Below, piece by piece: positions 56,766 to 64,000 of a DNA stretch of 64,000 bases (position 1 is the first letter of the stretch; each line of letters begins with the position of its first letter). The notes under the pieces are model-generated. The model worked only from the letters and a program-made list of their open reading frames with translations, made no database searches and was not told where the DNA came from. The position numbers and the translations under genes were made by a program. Source of the DNA: a virus; IMG/VR virus record IMGVR_UViG_3300008113_000059, positions 1-64,000 of that record; one strand, given 5' to 3'.

Positions 56766-58712
56766 ATGCCAACAACTCAAAAATTGAACGAAGATTTGGT
56801 CTTTATTCTTGAAAGACAGGAAAATATATTAGAGTCGAAGAAAAGCGATTCTGATGATTACGTCTTAGAAGGAACTGCTGCTGTTTTCGGAAAAGAGAAC
56901 AACAACAACAGAATTTACGAAGAAGCCGAATACCTTCCGCATCTGAACTACCTTAAAGAAAAGATAGCTCAGAAAAGATTGGTTGGTGAATTGGATCACC
57001 CTGAGAAATTTGACGTTTCTCTTAAGAACATTTCACACATAATCACCGATCTTAACTATGATAAGGGAAGCAGAGAGATTAAAATAAAAGTTAGACTTTT
57101 AGACACGCCAACAGGACAGATTGCTAAAAAACTTGTAGATGCAGGCGTTCCGCTTTCCATTTCATCAAGAGCTGCTGGTTCAGTTGGTAATGATAAAAAA
57201 GTTCAAATTAAAAAAATCTTCACTTATGATTTAGTTGCAGATCCTGGATTTCAGGACGCACAGCTAGAAAGAGTGTACGAAAGCGCTGGATATACATTTC
57301 AAGAATTCTTCCAATTAAGAGAGAATAGCTTTCTAAATGATTTAGTTTGTATGAATGAATCATTCGGACTAAAAAATGAATCTTCAACAAAGATATATAA
57401 AGTTGAAAATAACGAAGAATTTAATAAACTCGTATCACAATCAGACAAAAATAAGACAATCCTCATGGAGAATAATGAATTTGTTACTGCAGAAGAACTT
57501 AACCAGTATTCGATTTTCTTGAAAAAAGAAATGGATACGATGAAGTCCACAATAGCAGGAATTAAAGAACACAAAGAAACACTAAGCGAATCAGCTGAAG
57601 ACTCAAAAACAGCAGATTTAGAAGAAAGAGTAGCAAAACTTGAAAAGTACTCTGAGTACTTAGCAGAGAATTTGGACAACGCTATTAAGTACGGTGAGTA
57701 CTTAGCGGAGAATCTAGATTCTAGTATTAGCTATAGCAAATATTTGGCTGAGAATTTAGATAAGAATATTTCTTATTCTAAATACATCGCTGAAAATGTT
57801 GATAAGTCAATCTCCTATTCTGAGTATGTTGCTGAAAGCGTAGACAAGTCTATCGAGTATTCTAAATATCTTGCTGAGAAAGTAGATCAGAATATTCAGT
57901 ATTCAGAATACCTAGCAGAAAATGTTGACAAAGGTATCGCTTATAGCGAATATCTTGGAGAAAACCTAGATAAAGGTATTGCTTATACTGAGTACGTTGC
58001 AGAAAAATTAAACAACGGAATTGAGTATTCGGAATATCTTGGAGAAAATCTTAACAAGTCTATTGAATACTCTGATTATTTAGCAGAGAATGTTAACAGA
58101 GGTTTAAATTACTCTGAGTACTTAGCAGAAAAAATTAAAAGATCTATCTCTTACAGTGAGTACATCGCAGAAAACCTTAATACGGCAAAAATGGATACTA
58201 CAGAATCACTAAGAGAAAGCGTAGACCTTTCAGCACAAGCAGGATTAAACGAATCTGGATTTGCTGGAGATTATAACGGTCTTACAAATAAAATTGACAG
58301 TTTGATAGAATCAGTTAAAACACAAAAGACTGAATCATCTGTAAATGAAGCTTCTAAATTAATGGAAGCAGCCAACACTCAAAAGGCAGAACAAGTTCTT
58401 AACGAAAATGAGAACGAAAACAAAACAGGTATCAAGTTTATCGATGAGATGCCAGAAGAATATGCTCCAGTTTGGGAGTCGCTTAATGAAGGTCACAAGC
58501 AATCAATTATTGCTCAAGGAAGCTTTTATAAGTTAGACACAGCTTACCAGATCAAAAATTTCTGGTCAACACGTCAACTTGGAACTAAAACTGTTGGAGT
58601 TCAGAAATTGGACGAGAACGAGAATACAGCTCAACAAGCTACACAAGCTTATTCAAATGATTATATGAATTACATAGCTTCAGCATTAGAGCAAAAATTC
58701 GCAAGAAGATAA
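56766..58712 (+). CDS. gp21: Prohead protease (gp21-like) fused to a coiled-coil scaffold (gp22-like)
   Basis: NNNNRIY, GELDHP, ISH, LDTPTG, SISSRAAGS, TYDLVADPGF, followed by a long repeat/coiled-coil region; directly before the major capsid gene. Confidence 0.92.
   Translation: MPTTQKLNEDLVFILERQENILESKKSDSDDYVLEGTAAVFGKENNNNRIYEEAEYLPHLNYLKEKIAQKRLVGELDHPEKFDVSLKNISHIITDLNYDKGSREIKIKVRLLDTPTGQIAKKLVDAGVPLSISSRAAGSVGNDKKVQIKKIFTYDLVADPGFQDAQLERVYESAGYTFQEFFQLRENSFLNDLVCMNESFGLKNESSTKIYKVENNEEFNKLVSQSDKNKTILMENNEFVTAEELNQYSIFLKKEMDTMKSTIAGIKEHKETLSESAEDSKTADLEERVAKLEKYSEYLAENLDNAIKYGEYLAENLDSSISYSKYLAENLDKNISYSKYIAENVDKSISYSEYVAESVDKSIEYSKYLAEKVDQNIQYSEYLAENVDKGIAYSEYLGENLDKGIAYTEYVAEKLNNGIEYSEYLGENLNKSIEYSDYLAENVNRGLNYSEYLAEKIKRSISYSEYIAENLNTAKMDTTESLRESVDLSAQAGLNESGFAGDYNGLTNKIDSLIESVKTQKTESSVNEASKLMEAANTQKAEQVLNENENENKTGIKFIDEMPEEYAPVWESLNEGHKQSIIAQGSFYKLDTAYQIKNFWSTRQLGTKTVGVQKLDENENTAQQATQAYSNDYMNYIASALEQKFARR
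57392..57399 (+). promoter_or_regulatory. Internal putative late promoter GATATATA upstream of in-frame ATG 57465
   Basis: Perfect consensus at the protease/scaffold boundary. Confidence 0.6.
57648..58181 (+). repeat. Thirteen 42-bp/14-aa repeats (consensus YSEYLAENLDKSIS) in the scaffold
   Basis: Counted directly in the translation; the last unit is partial. Confidence 0.93.
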
Positions 58713-58740
58713 AAACAAATAAAAAAAAACAACTAATATC

Positions 58741-60444
58741 ATGAAATTGATTAACGAACAAGAAATCTATGATACCTGGTCTCCGATTATCGAGAGCAAA
58801 GCAGGAATCACTGATTCAAACAAAAAAGAGTGGTTGACTAAATATTGTCACTATCACTCATTAAACGAGTCTGCCGGAGCATATAACTCATTAGGAGTTG
58901 TTAACGGTATGGGTAACGTTGCTGCACCTTTATTCCCAACTAGCGCTGCTAATGCAGGATTCTACAATCAAGCTAACCAAGGTTCAGGAGATAAATTCCC
59001 TTCATTATTACCTCTAGCAATTCAGGTTGCTGCTAAAACAATCGGTTTTGATATCGTTCCAGTTATTCCTATGTCAGGTCCTACAGGTATCTTATCTTAC
59101 TTAGATTACGTATACGCAGGTGGTAAAACTTCAGGTGCTACTTCAGCTACTTCTGGTGACAGTTTAGCTAAAGCTCCTGCAATGATCAAATTCCCAGCTT
59201 ACCAAACATCTACAGGTATCACTGGTCCAGTTGCAACTACATTCACAGTAGGAACAACTTATACTGTAGGTCCAGTTGTTGGTGGAACATTAACATTAAA
59301 ATTCGTGGGTCTATCAAGAATTGATGGTTTCCCAATTTTCGAAATCATAAATATCACTGATGGTTTCAACGTAGCTGCTATTATTAACGGTACTGCTACT
59401 CAAATTGGTTCAACAGGATACTTTACAGGTTCAACAAACTCTGTAAATGGTTATGTTGCTCAATTGGTTAAAGCTTTAGAAGATCACGTACAAGGTTTCT
59501 CTGGTGCTGGTTTCAATGACACTGATAACTGGCAAGGTCCTTACGTTGATGGTACTAAAACTTACAACCCTATGTTAAGAGGAGTTGGAGAATCTACTTA
59601 CTACAACTCAATGGGTCTTTCGACTTTCACTAAGTTCGTAGAAGCTGAAACTTTCCAAGTTGCTGCTTCAGTTACAACTGAGCAAATCCAAGATCTTAAC
59701 AAACAATTCGGTATCGACGTTATTTCAATGATCGAGAACGCATTGGTTAATGAGGTTTCTCAAGCTATCAACAAGCACATCCTTTCAAGAGCATTCGCTT
59801 TAGGTTGGTCTAACCACACAACATTCAACAATGTAGAAAGCCAAAACTTGAACTTGAACTTAGTTATTAATGATACAACGCCTTCACCTGCTAATACATC
59901 AGCTTATGTTAACAAATCTGACAATCAGTTAAGTATGCCAATGCCTGTAGGTCCTGCTTTAACTTCTTATGAGAACTTATCAACTTTACAAAGAAGATTA
60001 TTCTCTAGAATTCTTGCAGCTGGTAACGTAGTAGCTAACAGAGGTAGAAGAGGTCCAGCTAACTTCATCGTAACAAACGCTGCAGTTGCAAGTGCGCTTC
60101 AAGATATCTCTCAGTTCACTTTCGCTCCATTCTCTAACACTTTAACTCAAAATAACGGTACTTTATACCCTGTAGGTTCTCTTGCTGGTATGACAGTTTA
60201 TGTAGATCAGAATATGAACTACAACGATACAAGAGTATTAGTTGGAAGAAAAGGTGGTGATGACGAACCAGGACTTAAATTCATGCCTTACATGATGGCT
60301 GAGTCTATTCAGACAATCTCTGAAGGTACAATGTCACCTAAGATCGCAGTTAAATCTAGATACGCTCTAGTTGAAGCTGGTATGTTACCTGAAACTATGT
60401 ACTTAACATTCTTTGTTAAAGTACCTACTGGTGGTTTAGCATAA
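58741..60444 (+). CDS. gp23: Major capsid protein
   Basis: DIVPVIPMSGPTG, TEQIQDL, RRGPANFIV, GSLAGMTVYVD, FMPY, PKIAVKSRYAL; likely propeptide ending at LNE43. Confidence 0.96.
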   Translation: MKLINEQEIYDTWSPIIESKAGITDSNKKEWLTKYCHYHSLNESAGAYNSLGVVNGMGNVAAPLFPTSAANAGFYNQANQGSGDKFPSLLPLAIQVAAKTIGFDIVPVIPMSGPTGILSYLDYVYAGGKTSGATSATSGDSLAKAPAMIKFPAYQTSTGITGPVATTFTVGTTYTVGPVVGGTLTLKFVGLSRIDGFPIFEIINITDGFNVAAIINGTATQIGSTGYFTGSTNSVNGYVAQLVKALEDHVQGFSGAGFNDTDNWQGPYVDGTKTYNPMLRGVGESTYYNSMGLSTFTKFVEAETFQVAASVTTEQIQDLNKQFGIDVISMIENALVNEVSQAINKHILSRAFALGWSNHTTFNNVESQNLNLNLVINDTTPSPANTSAYVNKSDNQLSMPMPVGPALTSYENLSTLQRRLFSRILAAGNVVANRGRRGPANFIVTNAAVASALQDISQFTFAPFSNTLTQNNGTLYPVGSLAGMTVYVDQNMNYNDTRVLVGRKGGDDEPGLKFMPYMMAESIQTISEGTMSPKIAVKSRYALVEAGMLPETMYLTFFVKVPTGGLA

Positions 60445-60464
60445 TCTTAAACACACATAATATG

Positions 60465-60497
60465 AAAACCCTAGGATTTATCCTAGGGTTTTTTTTT
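60465..60497 (+). terminator. Rho-independent terminator after the capsid gene
   Basis: AAAACCCTAGGA-TTTA-TCCTAGGGTTTTTTTTT. Confidence 0.92.
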
Positions 60498-60504
60498 GTT
60501 TGGT

Positions 60505-60512
60505 GATATATA
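60505..60512 (+). promoter_or_regulatory. Putative late promoter GATATATA
   Basis: Between a terminator and ATG 60540. Confidence 0.75.
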
Positions 60513-60539
60513 GATGGTAAAAAAACAAATTGTGAGTAT

Positions 60540-61694
60540 ATGAAAAATATCCCTTCATTTAATGAATTTAAGAAATATGAGGATTTACTTGAGAAAGCCG
60601 ACCGTTCTTTAGTTCAGGAGTTAGTAAATATAGAGAAAGCCGATCCATATCATTCGGTTAACGAAGGTCATGTTATGAATGTTCTTAAGAATACTCTTTC
60701 CAAATTCTTTCTTGGTTCTACTTCAAGGATATCGATGATCGACGAGGCTAGAAAAATCATATTGGATCTTGAGCTTGATATAGTTGAAAAAAAGGATCAA
60801 TTCGAAAAAGATATAGAAAAATTGGATGTTCAGATATCGGAATTAACTAAAATCGGCGAAAAGGAAAAGATAGTAGCATTAGAAAAAGAAAGAGAGTCAA
60901 AAGCTAGAGAAATCGAAACTTATCTCAAAGCTCAAAAACTTAAGATAAGAAAATCTAAGGAAGTTGCTAATAAATTGGTTGATAACAACCCTAGAAGGAG
61001 AGAATATCTTGAGGCTGGTTATTCTGAGGATGCAATAGCAATTGCTGAACTTGAATATGAGTTAGCCAAAGATAGAGCTGAGGATCAGACTAAACTAAGG
61101 GATTATCTTGAGAGAATCAAGAAGGCCAAGGAGGATGCTGAAGCTAAAGCAAGAGATCTTAATGCTAAAACCGAGAAGGAAGCCAATAAGGACAAAGAAG
61201 AAACCAAGGAAGATATTTCTGTTGATCCCGAGAAGGAAAAGAGAAAAATTGCAAGCAGAAAAGGTAAGGATTTAATTCAGAGAAAAAATGAACTCGAGAA
61301 GGAGATTGTTGATATCAGATCTGATATCGAAAGAAAGCTAAGCCAATTTGAATCCAAGGCTATAAAAAGTCCCAAAACAATCAATGGTAAGTATATCGAG
61401 AAGATCAAGATAGAACTTCTTGAGATGAGTTCAGCTCTTGATGCTAAAGAGAATTTACTAAAAGCATTTAGAGAACTTGGTAAAGGTGAGGATGAGATAA
61501 CTAAAGTTTTAAGCAAAGAAAGCGATTTCACAAAACTTGCTAACAAGATAAATCAGGGAATACTTGATGGTGCTGATGCAAATTCAGGAACAAAAAAGAT
61601 TATAACTGATCTTTTCTCAACAATAGGATCAGGAGCTACCCCATCCGTTAGCCCACAGAATATTAAAAATGCTAAAACTAAATTAACTAAATAA
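60540..61694 (+). CDS. Coiled-coil putative head-internal protein
   Basis: MKNIPSFNEF N-terminus, VNE-G site, K/E-rich helices. Confidence 0.7.
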   Translation: MKNIPSFNEFKKYEDLLEKADRSLVQELVNIEKADPYHSVNEGHVMNVLKNTLSKFFLGSTSRISMIDEARKIILDLELDIVEKKDQFEKDIEKLDVQISELTKIGEKEKIVALEKERESKAREIETYLKAQKLKIRKSKEVANKLVDNNPRRREYLEAGYSEDAIAIAELEYELAKDRAEDQTKLRDYLERIKKAKEDAEAKARDLNAKTEKEANKDKEETKEDISVDPEKEKRKIASRKGKDLIQRKNELEKEIVDIRSDIERKLSQFESKAIKSPKTINGKYIEKIKIELLEMSSALDAKENLLKAFRELGKGEDEITKVLSKESDFTKLANKINQGILDGADANSGTKKIITDLFSTIGSGATPSVSPQNIKNAKTKLTK

Positions 61695-61695
61695 T

Positions 61696-62598
61696 ATGAC
61701 ACTTAAATTTAAAGAATGGGATGCTCTAAATGAGGCCAGTGTTTTTGATAAAATTAAGGCATGGTTTAGCAGTAATTTTGGTGGTGCAGTAAGTAAGCTG
61801 GACGGTTTACTTAGTGATTATAGATCTGCAGAATTGGAGTATGTTGACGAATGGCAAGAAATTGCTGAGGAGATGGATAAGCTTGATCTTGAAAGAGAAC
61901 AAACAAAAAGCGATCCTGCGGAGCTTAAGAAGATAGAAAGATATATTCAAAGAAATAGAGAAGTCTTAGCAAATTCCAAAAAAGCACACGCTAAGAAAAT
62001 AGATTACATGATGAATGTGGTTAGAGATGTTATAAGCGACAACAGCAAACTTAGAAATTATTGGGAAATGAATAAATCTAGGGTTGATGCTGACGTTTCT
62101 GAGGAGATGTATAAAAGATCTAAAGATCTTGCAGATCCCGTTTTTTCTGGTGGATTATATGACAAGTATAAAGCTGCTGTTTTACTTGCAAAGAAAAAAG
62201 ATACTGAATTTAGAGAAAAGTATGGTGATCTTATGGGGTCTGCTAAAAAGGAGCAAGTAAAATCATCACCAAAATCAAATTCTAGTCAATCTGCTAATGA
62301 AGCATCTGTTGATCTTTATATGACAATGTCTCTTTCCGATTTTACTGAATCTGTAGCCGATATGGAACCTGCACAAGCTAAGGCTTTGGCATCTACGTTG
62401 ACTAAGAAAAGAAACGATCTGTATACCGAGATGGAAATGGAAAGAGAAGCTCTAAATGACGCAATCTCTAAAAAGACTGGGGTCGGAGCAAATAGAGAGG
62501 ATTCTGCTAAGAAGATTAAAGAGATAAGAGAAAAGTACATGGAAGCTATCCGTGACTTAAGATCTAAAATAACAATAGCTAGACGTGCTAATGCTTAA
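61696..62598 (+). CDS. Coiled-coil putative head-internal protein
   Basis: MTLKFKEWDALNE-A N-terminus. Confidence 0.7.
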   Translation: MTLKFKEWDALNEASVFDKIKAWFSSNFGGAVSKLDGLLSDYRSAELEYVDEWQEIAEEMDKLDLEREQTKSDPAELKKIERYIQRNREVLANSKKAHAKKIDYMMNVVRDVISDNSKLRNYWEMNKSRVDADVSEEMYKRSKDLADPVFSGGLYDKYKAAVLLAKKKDTEFREKYGDLMGSAKKEQVKSSPKSNSSQSANEASVDLYMTMSLSDFTESVADMEPAQAKALASTLTKKRNDLYTEMEMEREALNDAISKKTGVGANREDSAKKIKEIREKYMEAIRDLRSKITIARRANA

Positions 62599-62863
62599 TT
62601 ATAAACAATTCATATTAGGTGAAGCCGAAACATCGGACAACACAAAGGCTCAAGCAATTAAACTCGAGCTTTCTAAAAAATTCGACGAGATTTCTGAGGC
62701 AAAGAAATTGAAAAAAGAAGGCGATCCTAATTCAGAAATAGCTAGCATAGATAAACAATCTGCAATATACGTGGAGATATCAGCATTAATGAAATCCCTT
62801 TCCACTGAATTAAAAAATAATGCAGCTAATAAAGCTAGTGGTGGATCAACCAACATATATTAA
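62591..62863 (+). CDS. Small putative head-internal protein
   Basis: ATG 62591 gives MLNYKQFILGE-A, close to the T4 capsid-targeting sequence. Confidence 0.7.
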   Translation: MLNYKQFILGEAETSDNTKAQAIKLELSKKFDEISEAKKLKKEGDPNSEIASIDKQSAIYVEISALMKSLSTELKNNAANKASGGSTNIY

Positions 62864-62872
62864 AAAACCAAG

Positions 62873-64000
62873 ATGATGAACAAAAACCCATATTTAAACA
62901 ATCCGGTAGCAAAATCTTTATTTGAAAGCTATAATGATATAATTTTCGAAAACGAGAAAGTTGATTCACTACTAAATAAGATATCCGATAATGCATTGGA
63001 TGCTTTTAAGGTTTTGACTTTTGATCTAGCACCAGCTAGAGATAGAAATCCTGATATCATGAGAGTTAAACTTTCTGATATTAGTAATTCAAAAAGTGTT
63101 AAAGAACTAACTGCAAAATTATTGGATTATGCTGATGATAACGATTTAGTCAATTCGAAATATTCGGAGGCTAAAAGATTATACCTGCAGGCTCTTGGTA
63201 AATTATCCGATGCACTAAATAGAGCTTCTGAGATAGGTAAAGGAAAAGATGAGGTAGTTTTAAAATCCTTTAAAATTGCTCCAATGAAGTTGCAGAATTC
63301 ACTCGATAGTATAGCTAAGCAAGCCGAAGAGGAGCTTAAATTGAAAAAGACTAATGAATCATTGCTTATTGGCGATAGTCCGTTAAACGAGTCTATATTC
63401 ACTGGCTACAGAGGAAGAATTGAGAATCTTAAAAAACTTCTTGCAAATCTAATAACATCATCGGAGGGTAAGGATCAGAAAAATGGTTACGGAAGAGATT
63501 GGAAAAGAACTTTTCTTGATCTTGATGAAAAAAGAAAGGTACTTGACACGACAAGAGGGGGATTTGGTGAAAAGGATAAATCAGCATTATCTGATCTAGA
63601 AAAGCAAGTTGAAAAATTCCAGGATGATTTTAATAAATCTGTCGTGCAGGCTGCTACAAGATCTCTGCAGAATTTGGAGGATGATGAAGAGGTTTACACT
63701 TCATATTCTGATGTTACTGAATTAACAAATAGTGCATTGGATCTTTTAACCAGAGCAAAAACACAATATGCTTTAGCTGCTAAAGAAATTAAGGATGAGC
63801 ACGAAGCGGAAGAAAATAACATGGTTAAAACATTATTTCCTTTAAAAAGAGGTGATACCGATGCCGATAAGAAAATAAAAGGAAGCGGATTAATATACGC
63901 TGTACAAAGTGCTTTAGTTAATGGTATACCATCGGCAGGAAAACTTATTAAATCTAAAGGAGGACCTAATGGTAAATATGGTCCAGCAACTAGTGCTGTT
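62873..64000 (+). CDS. 3'-partial coiled-coil protein with a peptidoglycan-binding-like domain at the window edge
   Basis: Open from ATG 62873 (MMNKNPYL...) to the end; last residues PLKRGD...AVQSAL...NGKYGPATSAV match the PG_binding_1 pattern. Absent from the ORF track because it has no stop. Confidence 0.75.
   Translation, partial: MMNKNPYLNNPVAKSLFESYNDIIFENEKVDSLLNKISDNALDAFKVLTFDLAPARDRNPDIMRVKLSDISNSKSVKELTAKLLDYADDNDLVNSKYSEAKRLYLQALGKLSDALNRASEIGKGKDEVVLKSFKIAPMKLQNSLDSIAKQAEEELKLKKTNESLLIGDSPLNESIFTGYRGRIENLKKLLANLITSSEGKDQKNGYGRDWKRTFLDLDEKRKVLDTTRGGFGEKDKSALSDLEKQVEKFQDDFNKSVVQAATRSLQNLEDDEEVYTSYSDVTELTNSALDLLTRAKTQYALAAKEIKDEHEAEENNMVKTLFPLKRGDTDADKKIKGSGLIYAVQSALVNGIPSAGKLIKSKGGPNGKYGPATSAV

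Noticed and set aside
1-64000. Stop-codon reassignment as seen in some large phages
   Set aside because: Core genes are full length in code 11, and both TAG and TGA end genes with tight coupling to the next start.

Overview
This 64 kb window is a fragment of a large AT-rich T4-like myophage. All credible genes lie on the + strand, and the standard code 11 fits. Order from left to right: (1) a Gly-Ser-Ser/Gly-Thr-Ser repeat fibre with a C-terminal S74 chaperone; (2) an accessory surface-modification cluster with four DxD sugar-transferase-like proteins, a radical SAM protein, a 2OG-Fe(II) oxygenase, a GT4 and an Aah/TibC-type O-heptosyltransferase; (3) a collagen-like fibre and a Ser/Thr-rich beta-helix-like protein; (4) neck, terminase, sheath, two tail tubes and hub/tape-measure-like genes; (5) dCMP deaminase, an ECF-type sigma factor and a nuclease; (6) a minimal gp55 late sigma, gp4, gp2 and two full-length portal genes followed by a heptose-7-phosphate kinase; (7) replication and repair genes; (8) candidate head-packaged proteins, a fused prohead protease-scaffold and the major capsid protein. 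Three promoter classes can be read from the DNA: Bacteroidota-type TAnnTTTG (early), GAAA(C/T)-N17-NTAN(A/G) (middle) and GATATATA (late). Together they suggest a host sigma > phage ECF sigma > gp55 cascade and a Bacteroidota host. The best candidate for a new system is phage-encoded protein O-heptosylation/glycosylation of Ser/Thr-rich virion fibres. All family calls come from motif recognition by eye; no searches were run.
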